Origin: an uncultured Pseudomonadota bacterium
GTDB lineage: Bacteria; Vulcanimicrobiota; Vulcanimicrobiia; Eremiobacterales; Eremiobacteraceae
Assembly (NCBI GenBank): GCA_963736005.1
Contig: CAVTNB010000001.1
Coordinates: 192,001-256,000, forward strand
Reading direction: 5' to 3'
Length of the DNA: 64,000 nucleotides
A program made the translations under genes and the position numbers. The notes under the pieces are model-generated. The model was not told where the DNA came from and searched no databases. It was given only the letters and a program-made list of their open reading frames with translations. Positions within the stretch are counted from its first letter, which is position 1; every line of letters starts with the position of its first letter. This document shows positions 39,554 through 48,904 of this stretch, piece by piece.

Positions 39554-40063
39554 ATGAAGCTTCTCGTTGCAGCTTCGGCCGTCGCAGTTTGCCTCGTGCT
39601 CGCCGCGTGCGGTGGTGCACAGGCGCCGCCACCCGGTCCTGTGACCGTCGCGCCAGATGTTGGCACGCCGCCGCCTATGACGACGACGCCCGTCCCCATC
39701 GTGAAATCCAAGACGGTACCAAGCGCCGGTCGTCCGGATCCGTTTGTGGCGCTCTTTGGCCCACCGACGGGCATCGGGCCCACACCAGCACCCAAAGTTG
39801 CTGTTTCCACCTTCCCCAACATTCCGACCCTTCCGGGATTCGAGAGTGCGCCGGGTGCGGGCGGAATTTGGGGCACCGTCCACCTGACCGGCATCTTCGA
39901 ACACGGCAACGGCTTCATCGCGATCCTGGAAGACAATGGCAAGTCGTACTTCGTGCGGCCTGGTGACAGCGTCGACGATCAGTTTAGAGTTATCGCAATC
40001 GGTCCAGATTACATCACGCTCGGAACACAGACAGAAGAGCGACACTTCTCGCTAGGGGGTTAA
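39554..40063 (+). CDS. PilP-like lipoprotein
   Basis: Lipobox LAAC, 'R.DPF', 'LTGI', 'VRPGD'; between pilO and pilQ. Confidence 0.8.
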   Translation: MKLLVAASAVAVCLVLAACGGAQAPPPGPVTVAPDVGTPPPMTTTPVPIVKSKTVPSAGRPDPFVALFGPPTGIGPTPAPKVAVSTFPNIPTLPGFESAPGAGGIWGTVHLTGIFEHGNGFIAILEDNGKSYFVRPGDSVDDQFRVIAIGPDYITLGTQTEERHFSLGG

Positions 40064-40068
40064 ATTAA

Positions 40069-42072
40069 ATGCATCGGCATCTTCGGTTGACGTCGGCCTG
40101 GCTCGTATGGTGCGCCGTCGCATTCGCCGGTCTGGCTTCTCCGCAGCCCGGCCGAACCGCCGACAATCCGATCAAAGACGTCTCGTACGAAAAACGAGGC
40201 GGATCGTTTGAATTGTCGGTGGCAGCGGCAGGGCCGGTGACGACGAAAGTCAGCCGGTACTCGGTGGACGCGAAGAGCGACACCGTGGACCTGGTGGTGG
40301 ATGTGTCGCCCGCATCGTACGATGGCCAGACCAAGGTTATTGGGTTCTCAAGGGGTCAGCTGCAGCAGGTTCGTGTTGGGCAACTTTCGGCAACGCCAGC
40401 CGTCATGAGAATCGTGGTGGAGTCGTCTGGTTCGCCCCAATATGATCTGCAGCGCAGCGGGGACCACACGCTCAAACTCTCCGTGCCAACCAATCAGGTC
40501 GCGTTTGCCCTGCCCGCGCAAGCGGCCGCCACCGCGGCTCGCGAGGCAAAGACTCGACAGGATACGGCATTGAACGGGTCCGCTGCGCCCGCTACGGCGA
40601 GCGCCGGGTCCACATCCTCCGTGCACCAGGTGGTGGCTGCCACGCACGTGGTTTCGAAACCGGCTGCGAAGCCTGCGCCCCAAGCGCACGTCGCCGCGGT
40701 AACCCATCAAGTGGTCGCGAAGGCATCCGTTCCTGCTTCAAAGCCTGCTGTTGCTCCGGTCGTCGTCGCCGAGGCGACGCCGAACCCGTGGCTGCCGGGT
40801 GGGAAGTTCTACTGTAAGATTCCAAGCAAACGTGGCGCTGCCGCGGGTACGATGGCGTCACACGAAGCAGTCAGCCACGCTGCGATGGCTCCACCCGGGC
40901 CGCCGGCGGGGATGATGGACATGAGCGGACGCAACGTCAATCTTGACGTGAAGAACGCGGACATCCTGGACGTCCTCAAGCTGCTGGCAAACGAGAGTGG
41001 CCAGAACATCGTCGCAACGCAAAACGTCCATGGTACAGTGACGCTCTCGTTGCACGACGTGCCTCTCAGCACGGCGCTCGATCTCATCGTGCGGACCAAC
41101 GGCCTCGACTATCGCAAGATGGGCAACATCTACGTCGTGGGGACGACGGCCGATCTCAATTCAGAGTTCGGAACGGCGGGCCAGATGGCAACCCAAACGG
41201 TCGCCTTCCCGATCAAGTACGCGAACCCGTCAGACCTTGGGAAACAACTTGCCGGTGTGATTCCGCCGACGTCGTTCACGATCGATCCGCGGACGGATAC
41301 CGTGATCGTGAGCGGAACGCCAGACATCATTCAATCGGCTCGCAACTTCCTGGCACTGGCTGACGTTCCGGCGCCGCAGGTGGTCTTCGAGGTGAAAGTT
41401 CTCGACGTCACCCACGACGGCAATCTCAACGTGGGCGCCCAGTGGGTTGGAACCTCACCGTTCGACCTGTTTGAGAATTGCATCGCGTGCCCACCCGGCG
41501 GCATTACGGTGCCCGAGACGACGATTAGCGGCAACTCGATTGCGCCGCAACCGTTTACTCGGAACCCGCTCTTCATTCAGGGCCAGCTCAACTACCTGAT
41601 CTCGCACAACGATGCGAAGGTGCTCGCCAATCCGCGCGTGGCCGCACTTGACAACCAGCAGGCCAGCCTGCTCGTTGGTCAGACGTATCCGCTGGTCTAC
41701 TACGATCCGCGCTCGGGCCAATTCCAGGCGCAATATATCGACATTGGTGTCAAGATCATCATCACGCCCGTCGTGAATACGGATGGCTACATTACGACGA
41801 CCATGCACGTCGAGCGCAGTTCGATTGTTGGTCTCGTGCAGCAGTTCCCAATTCTCGACAATCGGAAAGCCGACTCGATCCTCCGGGTGAAGGATGGCGA
41901 CACGATCGTGCTTGGTGGTCTGCTCGACGACGAGTCCACGGTGAGCGTCAGTAAGGTGCCGCTCTTGGGTGACATCCCGATCCTTGGCGCGTTCTTCAAG
42001 AACGTCCAAAAGACTACGACCCATCAAGAAGTGGTGTTCTTGATTACGCCGCACATCATCGCCGGACAATAG
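40069..42072 (+). CDS. pilQ: Type IV pilus secretin with an AMIN-like domain
   Basis: AMIN-like 'VRVGQ...MRIVVE', N0/N3 domains, secretin 'VKDGDTIVLGGL...KVPLLGDIPILG.FF...LITPHII'. Confidence 0.93.
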   Translation: MHRHLRLTSAWLVWCAVAFAGLASPQPGRTADNPIKDVSYEKRGGSFELSVAAAGPVTTKVSRYSVDAKSDTVDLVVDVSPASYDGQTKVIGFSRGQLQQVRVGQLSATPAVMRIVVESSGSPQYDLQRSGDHTLKLSVPTNQVAFALPAQAAATAAREAKTRQDTALNGSAAPATASAGSTSSVHQVVAATHVVSKPAAKPAPQAHVAAVTHQVVAKASVPASKPAVAPVVVAEATPNPWLPGGKFYCKIPSKRGAAAGTMASHEAVSHAAMAPPGPPAGMMDMSGRNVNLDVKNADILDVLKLLANESGQNIVATQNVHGTVTLSLHDVPLSTALDLIVRTNGLDYRKMGNIYVVGTTADLNSEFGTAGQMATQTVAFPIKYANPSDLGKQLAGVIPPTSFTIDPRTDTVIVSGTPDIIQSARNFLALADVPAPQVVFEVKVLDVTHDGNLNVGAQWVGTSPFDLFENCIACPPGGITVPETTISGNSIAPQPFTRNPLFIQGQLNYLISHNDAKVLANPRVAALDNQQASLLVGQTYPLVYYDPRSGQFQAQYIDIGVKIIITPVVNTDGYITTTMHVERSSIVGLVQQFPILDNRKADSILRVKDGDTIVLGGLLDDESTVSVSKVPLLGDIPILGAFFKNVQKTTTHQEVVFLITPHIIAGQ

Positions 42073-42092
42073 CGCCGGCACCGCAACCGGAG

Positions 42093-42129
42093 GAGCCGCG
42101 GGGCTTAAAGAGCCCGCGGCTCTTTTCTT
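42093..42129 (+). terminator. Intrinsic terminator after pilQ
   Basis: GAGCCGCGGG..CCCGCGGCTC stem followed by TTTTCTT. Confidence 0.8.
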
Positions 42130-42195
42130 GCGCGGGCGCGCCACGCGCATCTGCTCGACAAGGGCGAACTCGCCTTGCGCGCAAACGTCGCGCTC

Positions 42196-43350
42196 ATGAT
42201 TCGATACATAACTGCCGGAGAGTCCCACGGGCCGGCCCTTGTGGGCATCATCGATGGTTTGCCCGCCGGATTGCAGCTTGACCTGTCCAGTGTGAATGGT
42301 GCGCTTTCGGCCCGGCAAGGCGGGCACGGTCGCGGTGGGCGGATGAAAATTGAAAAGGACGAAGTCGAGGTGCTCGCGGGCCTGCGCGGCGGAGTCACCC
42401 TGGGTTCGCCGCTCGCCCTGGTCATTCGGAACCGAGACTTTGAAAACGTGCGGGAACTCATGGATCCGCTGCGCGGGCAGGGCGATCCGATCACCCGCCC
42501 GCGTCCCGGACACGCCGATTACGCCGGCGCGCTCAAATATCGCCACCGCGACTTGCGCAACGTGCTCGAGCGCGCGAGCGCGAGGGAAACGGCCATGCGC
42601 GTGGCGCTCGGCGAGGTAGCGCGCCAGTACCTCAGAGTGTTCGGCGTCACAGTGCGCGGGCATGTCATACAAATCGGAGACGTCGTCGCCAAGAACCCAA
42701 GAACGCTGCCCGATATTCAGTATATAGCAGCATCAGCGGTACGCTGCGCCGATCCGGAAGCGGAGGCGCATATGGTGCGCCGCATTGATGAAGCGAAGGC
42801 TGCGGGCGATACGCTCGGCGGCGCATTCGAAGTTCGCGTGAGCGGCATGCCGGTGGGTATCGGAAGCAATCGGCAGCCGGGCGATCGTCTCGATGCGCTC
42901 CTAGCCGCAGCCTTGATGAGCATTCAGACGGTCAAGGCGGTTGAAGTGGGGGAAGGCATCAGTTCCAAAAGCTTCGTCGGGAGCCGATCGCACGATACAT
43001 TCGAAGTGCAAGATGGCGCCGTTGGGCGTGGCAGCAATCGAGCCGGCGGCATCGAGGGCGGCTTGTCAAATGGCCAAGATATCGCTATTGCAGCAAGACT
43101 GAAGCCGCTGGCAACCCTGATGAAGCCCCTCGAATCGGTCGACCTGGCGCAACAAAAGCGGGCGCCCGCGGCTGTCGTGCGCAGCGATGTGTGCGCCGTA
43201 CCGGCAGCATCGATCATCGGAGAAGCGATGGTCTGTTTGACGTTAGCGCCACTGTTTGCGGAAAAATACGGCGGGGATTCGGTCGCGGAAGTCAGGGAAC
43301 ATTTTACCTCCTCACAACGCGGCGCAGCGACGCTGTTTGAGAAGCAGTAG
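42196..43350 (+). CDS. aroC: Chorismate synthase
   Basis: 'TAGESHG', 'RPGHAD', 'ERASARETA', 'NRAGGIEGG.SNG', 'RSDVC'. Confidence 0.97.
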   Translation: MIRYITAGESHGPALVGIIDGLPAGLQLDLSSVNGALSARQGGHGRGGRMKIEKDEVEVLAGLRGGVTLGSPLALVIRNRDFENVRELMDPLRGQGDPITRPRPGHADYAGALKYRHRDLRNVLERASARETAMRVALGEVARQYLRVFGVTVRGHVIQIGDVVAKNPRTLPDIQYIAASAVRCADPEAEAHMVRRIDEAKAAGDTLGGAFEVRVSGMPVGIGSNRQPGDRLDALLAAALMSIQTVKAVEVGEGISSKSFVGSRSHDTFEVQDGAVGRGSNRAGGIEGGLSNGQDIAIAARLKPLATLMKPLESVDLAQQKRAPAAVVRSDVCAVPAASIIGEAMVCLTLAPLFAEKYGGDSVAEVREHFTSSQRGAATLFEKQ

Positions 43351-43355
43351 AGACC

Positions 43356-46300
43356 ATGGCGGCGGGTGCACGCAGCGGCGAAGGCAAAAGCGAAGGCGCA
43401 GTGCAGCAACGCGTGAGCAGCGTGTTGGCCCAGGCCCGTCAGCATCTTATCCGCAACAACGCAAAAGCGGCCACCGCATTGCTCAAAGACATTGCGGATA
43501 TGCCCGACTGCCCGGTCGACCTGCGCCTGGACGCAGCGAAAATGCTCGGTACGGCGGGAGCGAGTGCAGAAGCCGCGCTGTGCTACCTCAATGCTGGGCT
43601 TGCGCTCTTGTACGACCAGGGCGACATGACGCGCGCCCGGCAAGCGTTCGCAAGCGCCCATAATCTCGATCCCCAAAATCTTGACGTTATCTTCCACCTC
43701 GGTCAAGCAGACGTGGTTGAGGGACGCACGCAAGATGGCCTTGCCAAGTTTATTGATGTGCTGCGCAAATCGAACCTCAAACACACGCCGGCACTCTTTG
43801 AGGCAGGCTGCATTTACCAGGCGAACGGGCAGTACGACCAAGCGATTCTTGCTTTTAAGAAAGTCCTGGATCGGGAGAAAACCCACATCCAAGCGATCGT
43901 GCATATGGGTCAACTGCACCAGATTAAGGGCATGATCCCAGAAGCGATCGGCTACTATCTGCAAGCGGGGCAGATTACAAGAGACGCGCAACAATTTGGT
44001 ACCACCCGACAGATCGTGAACATGGTCCTCGCCATCGACAGCAACAACGCACGCGCTCGCAGCATGCTTGCCGACTTGGACACCAAAGGCGATGAAGAGG
44101 AAGGCGACTCCGAAACGTCCGCGCAGGCAGCCGTTCCAGAACCAATCCCTGTCGACGTCGTTCCAATAGAAGAGAAGCCCAAGCCGCAGAGCGCTGTCTT
44201 GACTCCAACGCCCGTCGTCCCCGCACCGCCCGAGCCGGATGGTGAAGAGAGCGTCGCGCGCGACGAGCTCGCAAAGATCGCACAGGCGCGGGAATCGGCA
44301 GCCGCTGAGCTTGCCAAACTGCGGGAAGAAATTGCAAAGGCGCAGCGCGAGCAGAAGTTGGTTGCAGCGCAAACGGATCAGGCGACTCGTGCCGCGCACG
44401 AGGAGCGCGCGGCGCTGGAGCGTGAGGCGCAAGAGGAAATCGCCGCTGCGCGCGCCGCGGCGGAGCGAGATCTGGAAGAGGTTCGCACGCGTCTTGCGCA
44501 AGCACAGGCCGAGGCGCAAGAGGCTGCTCAGACTCGCGAGGCGATCGAGCGAGCCACAGCCGAACTCGACGCGAAGCTTACCCAACTGCAAAGCGAAGTG
44601 GAAACGGTTGAGCAGCGCAAGACTGCGGCGCAGAGCAAGAGCGTTGCGTCGGTCAGAGAGCTCGAGCAAAAGGCGAAAGCGCTGCACGCGGAGGTTGCGC
44701 AAGAAGAGAAACGCCTTGAGGAAGCGCGGTTACAGGCCGCCGAGATTCAAACGAATGCGGCGAAAGCGCAAACGGCGCACGATGCCGCCATGTTGGAGCT
44801 TGCGGCACGCCGCCAGCGGGCACAAGCCGATCTCGACAAACTCCAAAATGCAGCTGTCGAAACGGCGCGGACAAAAGATGCCGAGCGAACCCGAGCGGAA
44901 CTCTCAGTTGCCGAGCTCGATACGAAGGCCGCTCAGCTGCGCAAAGACCTTGCAGCCGCCGACGCGCGGCGCAAAGAGGCCGACGCGAAGGCGAGCACCG
45001 CCGAGAAGACGCTTCAACAACTCGAAGCGCGCGTGGCCGAGGCGAAAGCCAAGGGCGAGACGGCGACGGCAGACCTGCGAGATATCGTCGAGCAAAGCCG
45101 CACGGCGCAACAAACTTCAACCGATCTGTCCTCCCGGCTTGCAGATTTGCAGGCCGCGATCGACGCGGCCGAGAGCAAGAAACGAGTGCTCGAAGACTCG
45201 ATCGGAAAAGTGAAGCCCTTGGCTGCAGCCGCGGAGAAGCGACGCTCCGAAGCGGAAGCTATCGCGAACGCGGCCGAGAAGGCCCGCGAGAAACGAGAAG
45301 CAGAGCTCGGAGCGCTCGAAGCGAAAAAGCGTGAGTTTGAAGAGTCGTTTGCGAAGACGAAATCACTCATAACGGCAGCGGAGCGCAAGCGCGTCGAAGC
45401 CGATGCGGCAGCAGAGCAAGCGGAAGCGCTGCGAGCAAAGCGCGAAGCAGATGCGGAAGCGTTGGCGAGCCGCATCGCGGTGCTTGAAGGATCGCTGCGC
45501 GACGCGGATGCGCTGGCGAAAACGACTGCGGCCGAGGGTGCCGCGCTTGTGGAACTTTCCGCGAAGGTGAACGAGCAGCGCGCGACCGTCCTCGAGCTCG
45601 AAGGCAGAAAGGCACAAAGCGAGCGCGAGCTTGCGCAACTCGCCGGGGATCTCGAATCGACGCGGAAGGCGGTTGAAGATGCCCAGGGTGCGCTCGCGGC
45701 GCAGGTGCAGAACCACAAGGAGAGCCCGGAAATCGACGCAGAGGCAACGGCCGCAATCGTGCCAGCCGAGTCCTGCGTTGAGTCCCTGCGAACGATTGAA
45801 GCGCTCGCGGCCGACGGAGCCTTGTCGATCGAAATGGCAACCGAGCTTGCGAGCCTCATACACGAGGGCCGTGCCCCGCAGGCGCTTCGGGAAACGCGCA
45901 AGCGAGCGAATTTAGAAGCTGCGCCTGGTCCGTATTTGCTCGTCGGCGGCGATTTAGCTCGCGATCTTGGGGATATCGCAGCTGCGCGCGAGGCATATAA
46001 GACGCTGGCCGTTGCCGATCCGAGCAGCGCGCCTGTAGCTCAGTCTCGCATGGGTGATCTGTTCTTGGCGTTTGCGCAACTCAGTACTACAGCCGCTCTT
46101 GCTCGGGATGACGCACATTTTGCAGCCGTTGCCGACCCGCAGAAGGCGATCGAAACGTATGCGGAGCTCGTCGCGCGCTTCCCAGACGACCCAACGTTCC
46201 GCGAAGAACTCGGGGCGCTCCACGAACAACTTGGGAACCACACCGCTGCAGCGCTCGCCTACACCCAGGCACTTGTGGACTACCTCGGCAGCGACGATGT

Positions 46301-47528
46301 CGCGCACGCTGCCGAACTCGCGCCAAAATTAATCGCTATCCAGCCTGATGACGGATCCGTGCACGAGCTTGCGTCGAAAGCCTATGAACGGGCTGGTCGG
46401 CGCACGGAAGCGAAGAGCGAGCTGGATGCTGCCTTGCGCTGTTACCACGCAGCGTCTGCTGCCTCAGAGGTGGAGCGCGTCTGTCGCAGGCTTGCTGAGA
46501 TCGCCGAAGATCCCGTTCCCTACCGGCGCGAGCTTGCGACCTTACTGCATGATGCGGGTGACAGCTCGGGCGCGGCGGAGCAGCTCCTTGAAGGTGCGGA
46601 AACGCTCATCACGTGGTCCCGTGGCTCGGACGCTGCCGAGTTGCTGAAACAGGCAGAGCCCATGGCCTCGCACGACGAGATGCTTCGCGAGCGTTTGACA
46701 TCGTTGCGGGCCAAAGCGGCCGACGTGCAGCGCTCGGTCGACGACGTCGCCCGCGGCGACTTGCTCGTCGGCAAGGGTGACTATCAGCGCGCAACCCAGG
46801 CGTATCGCCAAGCGTTGGAAGAAAACCCGCACGACGCACGCGCAGGGTACCAGTTGGCGTGCTTGCTGATGGATCACACGAAGGAATACGAGACCGCCGA
46901 ACGGCTTTTGGAAAATGCCTCGGAGCTGCGGCCTCACCACGCTGCCACTCGCTATCGGCTCGCGCTCGTCAAGGCTGCGCGCGGGCAGGTTGCGCAAGCC
47001 GTGGAATTGCTCATTGCGATGGCGCGCTTTGACGAATCCAATGCGGACTTCATCGAACAGTTTGCCGAACGCTTAGAAAAGGACGCCGAGGGCGGGGACG
47101 TCGCCGCCAAGTACAGACTGGGTATCGCCTATCGCGAGCTCGGGCGGGTCGACGAAGCGCTTGTCATTTTGCAATCAATTCAGCGCGAAAGCGATTATGT
47201 TGTGCTGTGCCATAACGCAATTGGCTTGTGCCTGCGCCGTCAAGGATTGGACACCGCAGCGGCCAAGCGCTTCAGCAAGGCGATCGAGACGCCCGGCTAT
47301 CCAGAGTTTCAATACCATGAGGCGCTGTACAACTTGGGCGAGCTCTACGAAGCAAAGGACACGCCCGAATCCTTGGCCCTAGCGCTCTCTTCCTTTGAAG
47401 AGCTGTACGCCAGCGACTGTACGTTCAAAGACGTCGGCGATCGCATCAAGTCCGTCAAGGCGCGGATGGGTGCGGCGGAGCGTCCGAAAGTTAAACGGCT
47501 TCCAACACGCACGCTCGAGCGCGGCTAG
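43356..47528 (+). CDS. Large TPR - coiled-coil - TPR protein (1390 aa)
   Basis: N- and C-terminal TPR arrays flank a long A/E/K/R-rich heptad region; no signal peptide. Confidence 0.88.
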   Translation: MAAGARSGEGKSEGAVQQRVSSVLAQARQHLIRNNAKAATALLKDIADMPDCPVDLRLDAAKMLGTAGASAEAALCYLNAGLALLYDQGDMTRARQAFASAHNLDPQNLDVIFHLGQADVVEGRTQDGLAKFIDVLRKSNLKHTPALFEAGCIYQANGQYDQAILAFKKVLDREKTHIQAIVHMGQLHQIKGMIPEAIGYYLQAGQITRDAQQFGTTRQIVNMVLAIDSNNARARSMLADLDTKGDEEEGDSETSAQAAVPEPIPVDVVPIEEKPKPQSAVLTPTPVVPAPPEPDGEESVARDELAKIAQARESAAAELAKLREEIAKAQREQKLVAAQTDQATRAAHEERAALEREAQEEIAAARAAAERDLEEVRTRLAQAQAEAQEAAQTREAIERATAELDAKLTQLQSEVETVEQRKTAAQSKSVASVRELEQKAKALHAEVAQEEKRLEEARLQAAEIQTNAAKAQTAHDAAMLELAARRQRAQADLDKLQNAAVETARTKDAERTRAELSVAELDTKAAQLRKDLAAADARRKEADAKASTAEKTLQQLEARVAEAKAKGETATADLRDIVEQSRTAQQTSTDLSSRLADLQAAIDAAESKKRVLEDSIGKVKPLAAAAEKRRSEAEAIANAAEKAREKREAELGALEAKKREFEESFAKTKSLITAAERKRVEADAAAEQAEALRAKREADAEALASRIAVLEGSLRDADALAKTTAAEGAALVELSAKVNEQRATVLELEGRKAQSERELAQLAGDLESTRKAVEDAQGALAAQVQNHKESPEIDAEATAAIVPAESCVESLRTIEALAADGALSIEMATELASLIHEGRAPQALRETRKRANLEAAPGPYLLVGGDLARDLGDIAAAREAYKTLAVADPSSAPVAQSRMGDLFLAFAQLSTTAALARDDAHFAAVADPQKAIETYAELVARFPDDPTFREELGALHEQLGNHTAAALAYTQALVDYLGSDDVAHAAELAPKLIAIQPDDGSVHELASKAYERAGRRTEAKSELDAALRCYHAASAASEVERVCRRLAEIAEDPVPYRRELATLLHDAGDSSGAAEQLLEGAETLITWSRGSDAAELLKQAEPMASHDEMLRERLTSLRAKAADVQRSVDDVARGDLLVGKGDYQRATQAYRQALEENPHDARAGYQLACLLMDHTKEYETAERLLENASELRPHHAATRYRLALVKAARGQVAQAVELLIAMARFDESNADFIEQFAERLEKDAEGGDVAAKYRLGIAYRELGRVDEALVILQSIQRESDYVVLCHNAIGLCLRRQGLDTAAAKRFSKAIETPGYPEFQYHEALYNLGELYEAKDTPESLALALSSFEELYASDCTFKDVGDRIKSVKARMGAAERPKVKRLPTRTLERG

Positions 47529-47555
47529 CATGGAGCAGCGTGAGAGTGTCCTGGC

Positions 47556-47583
47556 TAAGGGAACGCCCCTTTTTAGCCGATGA
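47556..47583 (+). promoter_or_regulatory. Sigma28-like promoter overlapping a hairpin
   Basis: TAAG-N16-GCCGATGA upstream of the 47662 gene. Confidence 0.4.
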
Positions 47584-47661
47584 TATCATCGGGGAGTCTC
47601 TTGCCGTCCCCGGCTTTGTTTTTTGTGAAATGTGGGGCGTTGACAGCGCTTGAGCTCATGG

Positions 47662-48306
47662 ATGGCGTCGCGTAACAGCTTCGACCCCGGAGGACACGGC
47701 ACGCACGGCGTTCGAGCTCGTGGGGCCGCTGGCTACCACCGCCGCTCAAATCCACTGCAATTTGCGGTGACGATGGTCTTGCTGGCCTCTCTGTTGCTCC
47801 TTGCGATGGCCGCCATAACGCGCTTTACCGTTGGCGAACCAATTCTGCCGAAGTGGCTGGCGCAAGCCATCCACCGTCCCCAGCCTGCACTCCCGCCCGG
47901 CATGACGTACGATTTCGAAATCGTCAATCCCGATACGAAGCGCCCGATGGACGTGCTGCCGGAAGTTGGGGTCATTGAAATGCGGCTCGCCGTGACTAAC
48001 GACTCGGCCTTGCCAATGACGATACGATTCAAGAGCGGCTCGCAGTGCGAGTTTGTGGTGCGCAAGGTTATCTATTACGTCGACGGGTTGTTTGCGCTTC
48101 CGATCGAAGTTTGGCGATCGAGCTACTTCCATAATGTCTCTCCTAAACCCAGTGCACTTGCGCTGCAGCCTGGTGAAACGAAAGTGTACAGCGCCACCTT
48201 TGACCTAAACGCCCTCAATGCCCGACAGGTACCGGCCGGAACCTATCGAGTGATTGCCATATTCGATAAATGGGAAACCTCGATCGCGATCGATAAGCCA
48301 CTGTAG
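47662..48306 (+). CDS. Membrane-anchored protein with a BsuPI (intracellular proteinase inhibitor)-like Ig domain
   Basis: One TM, then 'L.VTN.S..PMTIRF.SG..CEFVV...EVWR.S...L.PGETK.Y...AGTYRV'. Confidence 0.7.
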   Translation: MASRNSFDPGGHGTHGVRARGAAGYHRRSNPLQFAVTMVLLASLLLLAMAAITRFTVGEPILPKWLAQAIHRPQPALPPGMTYDFEIVNPDTKRPMDVLPEVGVIEMRLAVTNDSALPMTIRFKSGSQCEFVVRKVIYYVDGLFALPIEVWRSSYFHNVSPKPSALALQPGETKVYSATFDLNALNARQVPAGTYRVIAIFDKWETSIAIDKPL

Positions 48307-48379
48307 CACGCAACCCTATTTTGGGCTCCTCGTCCCCGAAGCGGCATGAGCGTGCCAGACCTGGCAGAACATAGCCCTC

Positions 48380-48904
48380 ATGAATGTGGTGCTCACGGGC
48401 TTCATGGGCGCAGGAAAGACAAGCACTGGCAAACGGCTGGCAAAGCTGCTCGGGGTTCCGTTTGTCGATACGGACGCGGAGATCGAACGCCGCAATGGCC
48501 CCATCGCGCAGATTTTTGCTTCAGAAGGTGAAGCCGCGTTTCGCCGCCTCGAGTCCGCGGTCATAGCGGAAACGAGTGGCGCTGGTCCCGCCGTGATCGC
48601 AGTGGGTGGAGGAGCGGTGGTCGACCCTCGCAACCGCGCGCTGCTGCGTCGCTCTTCCTATATAGTCTACTTATCCATATCAGCTCGAGCAGCTCACAGA
48701 CGGGTGTCACGACGCCAGCATAGGCCGCTTTTGGGCGCGACTCCAGATATCGAAACCGTGACCGCCTTGCTTGCCGCGCGCGAGCAGGCCTACGCTGATT
48801 GCGACCTTGCCATAAGGGTGGATCGTCGCAGCGCGCGAGAAGCGGCCGAGATCATCGCTCGCTGGTACGGCGACAAGCAGGCAAGCGAGGCGACGAGCCG
48901 GTGA
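48380..48904 (+). CDS. aroK: Shikimate kinase
   Basis: 'GFMGAGKTS', 'GE..FR..E', 'GGG', 'RPLL'. Confidence 0.96.
   Translation: MNVVLTGFMGAGKTSTGKRLAKLLGVPFVDTDAEIERRNGPIAQIFASEGEAAFRRLESAVIAETSGAGPAVIAVGGGAVVDPRNRALLRRSSYIVYLSISARAAHRRVSRRQHRPLLGATPDIETVTALLAAREQAYADCDLAIRVDRRSAREAAEIIARWYGDKQASEATSR

Noticed and set aside
42924..44702. 592-aa minus-strand ORF, and similar long ORFs at 19312-20847, 41455-42672, 8750-9811 and 17087-18013
   Set aside because: Antisense or alternate-frame shadows of well-supported genes in GC-rich DNA; no recognisable motifs
44250..45720. SMC or phage tape-measure gene
   Set aside because: The coiled coil is flanked by TPRs, with no Walker motifs, hinge domain or phage genes nearby
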